Of a stretch of 32,000 nucleotides of DNA, positions 8,009 to 15,626 are shown piece after piece. The stretch's first letter is position 1, and every line of letters starts with the position of its first letter. Position numbers and translations under genes: made by a program. Below the pieces are notes generated by a model. That model was not told the origin of the DNA, made no database searches, and saw only the letters and a program-made list of their open reading frames with translations. The stretch spans positions 2,820,001 to 2,852,000 of the forward strand of contig NC_008340.1 of assembly GCF_000014785.1 (NCBI RefSeq), written 5' to 3'. Source of the stretch: Alkalilimnicola ehrlichii MLHE-1. GTDB lineage: Bacteria > Pseudomonadota > Gammaproteobacteria > Nitrococcales > Halorhodospiraceae.

Positions 8009-8023
8009 GGCCAAGCCTGTCAA
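7995..8023 (-). promoter_or_regulatory. sigma70-type promoter of phaR
   Basis: On the minus strand: TTGACA (8023..8018), 17-nt spacer, TACTGT (8000..7995). Confidence 0.55.
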
Positions 8024-8081
8024 GCCAGTGCGCCAAAGTGCAGCATTGACCCCCATTCGTAAGCGGCAACGCGAGGTCGGC

Positions 8082-8909
8082 ATGAGCACCTCCGCCCTGG
8101 AAAGCCTACAGGACCACGACACCCTGCCGCCGCTACCCTACGTAGCCCACGAGATCCTGCTGGCCGCCAACCGGGAAGAGCCCGACATCGCCGAGGTCTC
8201 GGACAAGCTGGCCCGCGAGCCGGGGCTGTCCGCGCGGGTGGTGGCCATGGCCAACTCGGCCTTCTTCGCCGGTCAACAACCGCTCTACTCCATCCAGCAT
8301 GCCATCATGCGCCTGGGGCTGGTCCGGGTCCGGGTGCTGGCCGCCTCGGTGCTGCTGAATAAGCTCTTCGACCCGGGCCGCTGCCCGGCCTTCAGCGCGC
8401 CGCGCTACTGGCATGACGCCATCGCCACCAGCTACACGGCCACCCGGCTGGCCCCCCACCTGGCCCCTTCGGACACCGCCGACGCCGCCTACATCTCCGG
8501 CCTGCTCCACAATATCGGCCTGTTGCTGCTGGTGCATTTCTTCCCCGGCCCGATGAACGAGGTGCTCGGCGAGTACGGGAGGCGCCCGGAACAATCCCTG
8601 GTGGCGCTGACCCGGTCGGCGCTGGGCTGCGACCACGGCGAGGCGGGCCGGCTACTGCTCAAGGCCTGGGAGCTGCCGGAACCGGTGGTGGCCGTGGCCT
8701 CGCATTTCCACTCGCCCCATTATCGTGGCGAACACGCCGAGCTGGTGCACCTGGTCCGACATGCCGCGGAATGGCACGAGGCGGGCTTCGAACTGCCGGA
8801 GGCGCACCCCCTCAACCGGGCGTTGCCCGCCGCGGTACGGGCTACGGAGGCGCGCCACTGCCAGCGTGAGACCGAGCGGTTGGCCGCCTTCGCCAGGCTG
8901 CTCGCCTGA
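8082..8909 (+). CDS. HDOD domain-containing signalling protein
   Basis: LPPLPYVAHEILLAANREEPDIAEVSDKLAREPGLSARVVAMANSAFF...IQHAIMRLGL is a typical HDOD N-terminal region. ATG at 8082 has GAGG 5 nt upstream. Confidence 0.8.
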   Translation: MSTSALESLQDHDTLPPLPYVAHEILLAANREEPDIAEVSDKLAREPGLSARVVAMANSAFFAGQQPLYSIQHAIMRLGLVRVRVLAASVLLNKLFDPGRCPAFSAPRYWHDAIATSYTATRLAPHLAPSDTADAAYISGLLHNIGLLLLVHFFPGPMNEVLGEYGRRPEQSLVALTRSALGCDHGEAGRLLLKAWELPEPVVAVASHFHSPHYRGEHAELVHLVRHAAEWHEAGFELPEAHPLNRALPAAVRATEARHCQRETERLAAFARLLA

Positions 8910-8952
8910 ACCGCCCGGGCACAAGCCACCGCCGCCGCCCGGGATTTCGGCC

Positions 8953-10305
8953 CTACCGCCGGCCATCATCCGCCAGCAGCAGAAAGGGCCGGGCCTTGTC
9001 GACCGTTTCACACAGTTCTGCCTGCTCCTCGGAGTCGGCCACCACGCCACCACCGGCCCAGTAGCGGATCTCGCCATCGCGGCACACGGCGGTCCGGATG
9101 GCGATGTTGGTGTCCATGTCGCCATTCCAACCGATGTAACCGATCGCCCCACAGTAGACACCGCGGGGCCCGGGCTCCAGCTCGTCGATAATCTCCATGG
9201 CGCGCCGTTTCGGGGCCCCGGTGATGGAGCCGCCCGGTAGGCAGGCGCGCAACAGGTCGGTGGCGGTGCGTCCCGGCGCCAGCCGGCCGCTGACGTGGCT
9301 GACCAGGTGGTGCACCGCCGGGTAACTCTCCAGCCGGCAGAGGACCGGTACCCGCACCGAGCCGGTCTCGCACACCTGGCCGATGTCATTGCGCAGCAGA
9401 TCGACGATCATGACGTTCTCCGCCCGATCCTTCGGGCTCTGCTGCAGGGCCTCGGCCAGGCGGCGATCCTGCTGCGGGTCCCCGCCACGGGGGCGCGTCC
9501 CCTTGATGGGGCGGGTATCCACCTCGCCCCCCTGCAGGCGTAGAAACCGCTCTGGTGACAGACACAGGACCTGCTCGTCGGGGAAGCACTGCCAGGCCCC
9601 GAACGGCCCCTGCGCCCGGCGACGCATGCGCAACCAGGCCCCCAGCGGATCGCCCCGGTAGGCGGCGTGAAACCGGCGGGCGAGATTGACTTGGTAGCAA
9701 TCACCGGCGTGCAGATAATCGCGCACCCGGTGAAAGGCCCGCCCGTAGTGTTCGGCATCCGGCGCCCGCCGCAACGGCCCGCGCAGGGCAAAGGCCGGGG
9801 CGGCGCCGTCCCGGGCGGCGAACACCTGGTGCCGCAACCAGAGCAGGGAGGCCTCGTCGATTTCGCCCAGCACAGCGGTCAACCGCTGGTGGTGGTCGGT
9901 CACCAGTGCCCAGTCGTACAGCCCCACCCGCATCTCCGGACCGGCCCCGGACCGCACCGGCAGGCCGTGCAGCCGCCGGCCCAGGTCGTAACTGAAGTAG
10001 CCCACCGCCCCGCCCGAGAAGGGCCAGTGCGCGCTGGGGCTGCCACCACCGGCCTCACCCAGGCAGCGCTGCAACACCGCCAGCGGATCCTCGTCGGTTT
10101 GTTGCACCGGGCCCCGACCGGCCACCCGGGTCCGGCCACCGGCCGATTCCAGGGTGATCCGCGGGCGCATCACCAGGATGTCGAACCGTCCGGCGCCACT
10201 GCCCGGCCAGCCGCTGTCCAGCCACTGACACCAGGGCTGGCGCCCGATCCGCCGTAGCAGCCGGGTGCCATCCGCCAGATATGGCATGGGGTAATACGCG
10301 GGCAT
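8953..10305 (-). CDS. pabB: Aminodeoxychorismate synthase component I (chorismate-binding enzyme, PabB-like)
   Basis: C-terminal GGSITGAPKRRAMEIIDELEPGPRGVYCGAIGYIGWNGDMDTNIAIRT is the chorismate-utilising signature. Size of about 450 aa and lack of the TrpE regulatory N-terminal motif favour PabB over TrpE. Confidence 0.7.
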   Translation of the reverse strand: MPAYYPMPYLADGTRLLRRIGRQPWCQWLDSGWPGSGAGRFDILVMRPRITLESAGGRTRVAGRGPVQQTDEDPLAVLQRCLGEAGGGSPSAHWPFSGGAVGYFSYDLGRRLHGLPVRSGAGPEMRVGLYDWALVTDHHQRLTAVLGEIDEASLLWLRHQVFAARDGAAPAFALRGPLRRAPDAEHYGRAFHRVRDYLHAGDCYQVNLARRFHAAYRGDPLGAWLRMRRRAQGPFGAWQCFPDEQVLCLSPERFLRLQGGEVDTRPIKGTRPRGGDPQQDRRLAEALQQSPKDRAENVMIVDLLRNDIGQVCETGSVRVPVLCRLESYPAVHHLVSHVSGRLAPGRTATDLLRACLPGGSITGAPKRRAMEIIDELEPGPRGVYCGAIGYIGWNGDMDTNIAIRTAVCRDGEIRYWAGGGVVADSEEQAELCETVDKARPFLLLADDGRR

Positions 10306-10409
10306 CTGTGAATCCTGCTATGCTCAGAATCAACTATGGGCCCGAGTTGATCGGGCGGTTTGCTGCACTTTGGCAGGCCGTTTACCGCACCCCGACGAGA
10401 AGACCAGTC

Positions 10410-12155
10410 ATGGCGACCAGTCAGCACTCAGCGCAGGCGTTCTACGACGGTCTCCCCTGGCAACACCACTATGGCGAGGGGGTGTCCACCGAGTTCCAAC
10501 CCCTGCCCGAGAGCAGCCTGGCGGAGATGCTGCGCCAGGCCGCCCATCACCATCCCGAACGGACCGCCTTCACCACCTGTCTGGACAACGGTCTGAACGC
10601 CAGCCTCGACTACGCCACCACGGACCGGCTCTCGGACCATTTCATGGCCTGGCTGCTGCGGGAGGCGGGGCTGGGCCCCGGCGAGCCGGTGGCCATCCAG
10701 ATGCCCAACTGCCTAGCCTATCCGGTCACCGCCTTCGGCGCCCTCAAGGCCGGCACCCCTCTGGTCAATATGAACCCGTTGTACACGGCGCCGGAGATGC
10801 ACCATCAGCTCGCCGACAGTGGCGCGCGGGTGCTGGTCATTGTGGACCTGTTCGCCGATAAACTGGAGCAGGCGCTCAACGATACCGCGGTGGAGCACGT
10901 GGTGCTGACCTCGGTGGCCGATTTCTTCCCGAAACCGCTACGCTGGCTGATCCAGGGGGTGCTGCGCTGGCGCGGTGAGCGGCCGCCGCCGCCCGCCGGG
11001 GTACACCACCTCGGCCGCACCCTGGAAGAGGGCGCGGCGCATCTGGGCCAGTTTACCCCACCGAGCCCGGCGGCGGATGACCTGGCCCTGCTGCAGTACA
11101 CCGGCGGCACCACCGGCCGGGCCAAGGGCGCGATGCTGCGCCACCGCCACCTTCTGGCCAATGTCGCCCAGATTGAGGCGGTGGCCGGGCCGGCACTGCG
11201 CGGGCACCAGGACACCGTGCTCACCGCCCTGCCCCTTTACCACATTTTCGCCTTCACCTTTAACCTGCTGGTCTTTCACCGGCAGGGGTCGCACAACGTG
11301 CTCTGCCCGTCGCCGCGCCCGGTGGACCGCCTGCGCAAGGCCTTCGCCCGCTACCCGGTCACCAAGTTCTCCGGCGTTAATCTGCTGTTGCACGGCCTCT
11401 GTCAGGCCGAGTGGTTCCGCAGCCAACCGCCACCGCAACTGGACCTAACGGTGGCCGGTGGCACCGCCCTCAACCCCCGCGTGGCGGAACGCTGGTCGGA
11501 GGTCACCCGCAGTCGGGTGCTGGAGGGCTACGGGCTGACCGAGACCGCACCGGTGGTGGCGGTGAACCCGCCCCAGGGCGAGGCGCGGTTGGGCACCGTG
11601 GGCCTGCCGGTGCCAGGCACTGAGGTGCGTATCGTCGACGACAACGACCGGCCGGTTCCGGCCGGGGAACGGGGCGAGGTGGTGGTCCGCGGCCCACAGG
11701 TCTTCGACGGGTACTGGAAGCAACCGCAGGAGTCCGAACACGCCCTGCGGGGCGGCTGGTTCCACACCGGCGATGTGGGCGTGATGGATGAACAGGGCTA
11801 CCTGCGCATCGTCGACCGCAAAAAGGACATGATTGACGTCGGCGGCTTCAACGTCTTCCCGCAGGAGGTGGAAGAGGCGCTGCTGGAACACCCTGCCATC
11901 ATCATGGCGGCGGTGGTGGGGGTCCCCGCCGGGGGCGACGCCGGTGACGAACAGGTGGTGGCCTACGTGGTCTGCGATGAGCGCGAGTCGGCCCCGGACG
12001 AGGACGCCCTGCGCCAGTTCCTGAACCGGCACCTGACCCGCTACAAGATCCCCCGCCGTATCCTGTTCCGCGACAGCCTGCCGGTCACCACGGTGGGCAA
12101 GGTCCTGCGCCGGGAGTTGCGCGAACAGGCCCGCGAGGAGGTGGGCCCGGCTTGA
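10410..12155 (+). CDS. fadD: Long-chain-fatty-acid--CoA ligase (AMP-forming acyl-CoA synthetase)
   Basis: AMP-binding motif LQYTGGTTGRAKGAMLRHRHL, plus GYGLTETAP and WFHTGDVGVMDEQGYLRIVDRKKD. I chose the ATG at 10410 (MATSQHSAQAFYDGLPW); the ORF start at 10281 would overlap pabB. Confidence 0.85.
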   Translation: MATSQHSAQAFYDGLPWQHHYGEGVSTEFQPLPESSLAEMLRQAAHHHPERTAFTTCLDNGLNASLDYATTDRLSDHFMAWLLREAGLGPGEPVAIQMPNCLAYPVTAFGALKAGTPLVNMNPLYTAPEMHHQLADSGARVLVIVDLFADKLEQALNDTAVEHVVLTSVADFFPKPLRWLIQGVLRWRGERPPPPAGVHHLGRTLEEGAAHLGQFTPPSPAADDLALLQYTGGTTGRAKGAMLRHRHLLANVAQIEAVAGPALRGHQDTVLTALPLYHIFAFTFNLLVFHRQGSHNVLCPSPRPVDRLRKAFARYPVTKFSGVNLLLHGLCQAEWFRSQPPPQLDLTVAGGTALNPRVAERWSEVTRSRVLEGYGLTETAPVVAVNPPQGEARLGTVGLPVPGTEVRIVDDNDRPVPAGERGEVVVRGPQVFDGYWKQPQESEHALRGGWFHTGDVGVMDEQGYLRIVDRKKDMIDVGGFNVFPQEVEEALLEHPAIIMAAVVGVPAGGDAGDEQVVAYVVCDERESAPDEDALRQFLNRHLTRYKIPRRILFRDSLPVTTVGKVLRRELREQAREEVGPA

Positions 12156-12237
12156 TCCCGGGGGGTACACTGGCCCCACTGCCGCCCCCGGCAGGACCGG
12201 CCTGCGCCACCCCCGATCCGGCCAAGGAGTGCCCCGT

Positions 12238-13278
12238 ATGACAGAAGCCCCACTGTCCCACCCGTTGGCCCTAGCGCTTCAGGGCGGCGGCGCCCACGGC
12301 GCCTTCACCTGGGGTGTGCTCGACCACCTGCTCGCGGCCGGACTCAGGCCCGCGGGCCTGAGTGGCACCAGCGCCGGCGCCCTCAACGCCGCGGCCCTGG
12401 CCTCCGGCTGGGCGCGCGCCGGCCAGGAGGGTGCGCGCGCCACCCTCACCACGCTCTGGGAGGGGGTCAGCGCCCTGGGTGGACCGCTGCAGCCGTCGCC
12501 GGCCAGTTACCTGGTGCACGGCTGGAACCAGGACTGGTCGGTGCGCTACCAGGCCTTCAAGGCGACCACCCAGGTGGCCTCGCCCTATCAGTTCAACCCG
12601 GCCGGCTTTAATCCGCTCCGCGAGCTGCTGCAGGACTGCCTGGACTGGTCTGCGCTGACGGGGCCCGACGCCCCGCCGCTGTTTGTCAGCGCCACCGAAG
12701 TGGAGACCGGCCGCCTGCGCATCTTCGACAACCACTCCCTGGACGTCACCGCCCTGCTCGCCTCCACCTGCCTGCCCACCCTGTTCCAGGCGGTGGAGCG
12801 CAACGGACGCCACTACTGGGACGGCGGCTTCGCCGCCAACCCGGCGCTGCACCCGCTGCTCACCCACGCCAGCGCCGATGATCTGCTGCTGTTGCAGCTC
12901 ATGCCCCAGCGGACGGCCGACGGGCCGCCGCGCGAGCCGGGAGAGATCCTGCGCCGGTCCCGGGAGCTGAGCTTCAGCACCCACCTCTACCGGGAGTTGC
13001 AGTGGCTGGCGCTGCAGCAGGCCGATTGCGGCCCCGGGTCGCGCTGGTCGCTCTCGCCCCTGCGCCGGCGGATCGCCCGGCTGCGCTTCCACCACCTGAC
13101 CGGCGACCGTGACTTGGCCGGGTTGGGCACGGCCAGCCAGTTGAACGCCGACTGGCCCTTCCTATGCCACCTGCGCGATGCCGGCCGCAAGGCGGCCGAT
13201 GACTGGCTCGCCACTCATGGCGGGCAGGTGGGCCGGACCAGTAGCCGCCCACTGAGCGATTTTCTGCCCACCGACTAG
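12238..13278 (+). CDS. Patatin-like phospholipase family protein
   Basis: Oxyanion GGGAHGAF, nucleophile elbow GTSAGA (GxSxG) and catalytic Asp in [12 protein letters not shown] lies 8 nt upstream of the ATG at 12238. Confidence 0.85.
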   Translation: MTEAPLSHPLALALQGGGAHGAFTWGVLDHLLAAGLRPAGLSGTSAGALNAAALASGWARAGQEGARATLTTLWEGVSALGGPLQPSPASYLVHGWNQDWSVRYQAFKATTQVASPYQFNPAGFNPLRELLQDCLDWSALTGPDAPPLFVSATEVETGRLRIFDNHSLDVTALLASTCLPTLFQAVERNGRHYWDGGFAANPALHPLLTHASADDLLLLQLMPQRTADGPPREPGEILRRSRELSFSTHLYRELQWLALQQADCGPGSRWSLSPLRRRIARLRFHHLTGDRDLAGLGTASQLNADWPFLCHLRDAGRKAADDWLATHGGQVGRTSSRPLSDFLPTD

Positions 13279-13300
13279 CCGCCGCCCGCAGCGCCGGGGA

Positions 13301-13309
13301 TGGTAGAAT
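13301..13309 (+). promoter_or_regulatory. Extended -10 promoter element upstream of yebC-ruvCA
   Basis: TGgTAGAAT at 13301-13309, about 38 nt upstream of the yebC ATG. Confidence 0.4.
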
Positions 13310-13346
13310 CCCGGCCAACGACGGCAACACGACGATGGACGGGGCT

Positions 13347-14087
13347 ATGGCAGGACACAGCAAGTGGTCCAACATCCAGCACCGCAAGAAGGCGCAGGAC
13401 GCCAAGCGGGGCAAGATCTTCACCAAGCACATCAAGGAGATCACCGTGGCGGCCCGCATGGGCGGCCCGGACCCGGACAGCAACCCGCGGCTGCGCCTGG
13501 CCATCGACCGGGCCTTCGCCCAGAATATGCCCAAGGACAACGTGGAGCGCGCGATCAAGCGCGGCGCGGGCCTGGATGAGAGCGTCGAGTACGAAGAGTT
13601 GCGCTATGAGGGGTATGGCCCCTCCGGCGCCGCCCTGATGGTCGACTGCATGACCGACAACCGCAACCGGACCGTCTCCGACGTGCGGCACGCCTTCACC
13701 AAGTGCGGCGGCAACCTGGGCACCGACGGCTCGGTGAGCTATCTGTTCCAGCACCGCGGTGTCCTCCTCTACCCGCCCGGGACCGACGAGGACCGGCTCA
13801 TGGAGGCGGCCCTGGAGGCCGGGGCCGAGGACATCGTGCACAACGATGACGACTCCCTGGAGGTCCTGACCACTCCCGAGGACTACCGGCCGGTGCGCGA
13901 CGCCCTGGTGGCCGCGGGGCTGGAGCCCGCCGAGTCCGACGTGACCATGCGCCCGGACATCATGGTCACGGTGGAGGGCGAGGACGCCCGGCGCACGGCC
14001 CGGCTCATCGACATGCTGGAGGATCTGGACGACGTGCAGCGGGTCTACACCAACGCCGACATCGCCGAAGAGGCCTACGCCGACTGA
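13347..14087 (+). CDS. yebC: YebC/PmpR family DNA-binding transcriptional regulator
   Basis: [27 protein letters not shown] is the invariant family N-terminus. The stop overlaps the ruvC start (TGATG). Confidence 0.95.
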   Translation: MAGHSKWSNIQHRKKAQDAKRGKIFTKHIKEITVAARMGGPDPDSNPRLRLAIDRAFAQNMPKDNVERAIKRGAGLDESVEYEELRYEGYGPSGAALMVDCMTDNRNRTVSDVRHAFTKCGGNLGTDGSVSYLFQHRGVLLYPPGTDEDRLMEAALEAGAEDIVHNDDDSLEVLTTPEDYRPVRDALVAAGLEPAESDVTMRPDIMVTVEGEDARRTARLIDMLEDLDDVQRVYTNADIAEEAYAD

Positions 14088-14584
14088 TGCCCCGCATCCT
14101 CGGCATCGACCCCGGCTCCCGCATCACCGGCTACGGCGTGGTGGAGGGCAGCGGCAGTGCCCCGCGCCACGTGGCCAGCGGCTGCGTGCGCCTGCCCACC
14201 GGCCCCTTCCCGGACCGGCTGCGGGTGCTCTACCGCGCCCTGAGCGAGCTGCTGGCACAACACCGGCCGGAGGCGGCGGTGGTCGAGCAGGTCTTCGTCA
14301 GCCGAAACCCGGATTCCGCCCTCAAGTTAGGGCAGGCGCGGGGCGCCGCCATCTGCGCCTGCGTCAACGCCGGGCTGCCGGTGGCCGAGTACACCCCGGG
14401 CGAGATCAAGCAGGCCCTGGTGGGCCACGGTCGTGCGGGCAAGGCCCAGGTGGGTTACATGGTCCGCATGCTGCTGCGCCTGGACGCCACCCCTGCGGAG
14501 GACGCCGGGGACGCCCTGGCCGCGGCCCTGTGCCACCTGCACCAAGCGGACATGCAGGCCCGCCTGCGGAGGGCCGGGGCGTGA
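14087..14584 (+). CDS. ruvC: Crossover junction endodeoxyribonuclease RuvC
   Basis: [19 protein letters not shown] (catalytic Asp in IDPG), 165 aa, conserved yebC-ruvC-ruvA order. Confidence 0.95.
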   Translation: MPRILGIDPGSRITGYGVVEGSGSAPRHVASGCVRLPTGPFPDRLRVLYRALSELLAQHRPEAAVVEQVFVSRNPDSALKLGQARGAAICACVNAGLPVAEYTPGEIKQALVGHGRAGKAQVGYMVRMLLRLDATPAEDAGDALAAALCHLHQADMQARLRRAGA

Positions 14585-15207
14585 TCGGGCGGTTGCACGG
14601 CACCGTCGCGGAACGCCATCCACCGGCGCTGCTACTGGATGTGGGGGGCGTGGGCTATGAGCTGGAGGCGCCCATGTCCACCTTCTACGCCCTGCCCGCC
14701 GGCGACCAGGCGGTCACTCTGTGGACCCACCTGGCCGTTCGCGACGACGGCCAGGCCCTGTACGGGTTCGCCAGCCGCGCCGAACGCGACCTCTTCCGGG
14801 TGCTGATCCGGATCAGCGGCGTCGGGCCCAAGCTGGCCCTGGCCCTGCTCTCCGGCATGAATGCCGAGGGCCTGCAACGCTGCATCGAGCGCGAGGACGT
14901 GGCCACCCTCACCCGCCTCCCCGGGGTGGGTCGCAAGACCGCTCAGCGGCTGATCGTGGAACTGCGCGACCGGCTGGACGGGCTGCTGCCGGCCGCATCG
15001 GGCGGCGTGCCCGCCCGGACCGGGTCCGGCGAACAGCTAGACGCGCCAGCCGGCCCCCAGGGGTCCCGGGAGGATGCGGTCAGCGCCCTGGTGGCCCTGG
15101 GTTATAAGCCCGCCGAGGCCGGCCGGCTGGTCAACGCCGTGCCCGGCGCCAACGACCTGCCCAGTGAGGAACTCATCCGCCGCGCGCTGCAGGCGGCGGT
15201 ACGCTGA
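14581..15207 (+). CDS. ruvA: Holliday junction branch migration complex subunit RuvA
   Basis: GTG start giving (M)IGRLHGTVAERHPPALLLDVGGVGYELEAP. HhH motifs ISGVGPKLALALL and LPGVGRKTAQRL. GTGA overlap with the ruvC stop. Confidence 0.95.
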   Translation: MIGRLHGTVAERHPPALLLDVGGVGYELEAPMSTFYALPAGDQAVTLWTHLAVRDDGQALYGFASRAERDLFRVLIRISGVGPKLALALLSGMNAEGLQRCIEREDVATLTRLPGVGRKTAQRLIVELRDRLDGLLPAASGGVPARTGSGEQLDAPAGPQGSREDAVSALVALGYKPAEAGRLVNAVPGANDLPSEELIRRALQAAVR

Positions 15208-15243
15208 CCCACCAGCGTCGGTACCGGGCGCCTGCGACCGGGC

Positions 15244-15471
15244 TCAAGGGGTTTCATCCAGGATCGTGAACGCCGCCAGCACCGTCCCCAGCAAAATCGC
15301 CGGGATGGCGGTAACCGGCGCCAGGATCATCAGCAGACCGGCCCCGATCCACAGGTCCCGGACCCGGCGCTGCTTGCGCCGGTAGTGGCGGGTGGTCCGG
15401 CGCCAACTGGGGTGGCGGGCCCGGTCCTCTTCGGAAAGCCCCGGCGGCGGGCGAACGATGCGGTACCACAT
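15244..15471 (-). CDS. Small hypothetical membrane protein (75 aa)
   Basis: GAGGAG lies 6 nt upstream of the ATG at 15471. Arg-rich N-terminal half followed by one or two hydrophobic helices (LWIGAGLLMILAPVTAIPAILLGTVLAAFTIL). No family recognised. Confidence 0.45.
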   Translation of the reverse strand: MWYRIVRPPPGLSEEDRARHPSWRRTTRHYRRKQRRVRDLWIGAGLLMILAPVTAIPAILLGTVLAAFTILDETP

Positions 15472-15626
15472 GACGGGCTCCTCGCGGCCGGTGGGGCACC
15501 CGCTACGGCCGGACAACGGGCCATGGCCCGCCTGCCCGCCCACCGGGTGCCACGCTGCCCAATGGTCCCCCCAGGATAGGCCATGGCGGGCCGCCCCGCT
15601 GCCGGCACCGGCGGCGCTACCCGTTT

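Noticed and set aside
6419-8122. N-terminally extended versions of phaB (to 7267) and phaR (to 8122). The same applies to perM (2423), bepA (2377), fadD (10281), the porin (22852), the glycine-zipper gene (27548), the PepSY gene (26851), the GGDEF gene (31374) and ruvA (14530).
   Set aside because: Internal starts give the family-typical N-termini or signal peptides and have Shine-Dalgarno sequences. They also remove overlaps with neighbours. The extensions are compositionally non-coding and would cover the predicted promoters.
12238-13278. The patatin-like lipase as a CBASS or other defence effector.
   Set aside because: There is no adjacent cyclic-nucleotide synthase, sensor or other defence-associated gene. 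Its neighbours are an acyl-CoA ligase and housekeeping yebC-ruvCA, so a lipid-metabolism role is more parsimonious.
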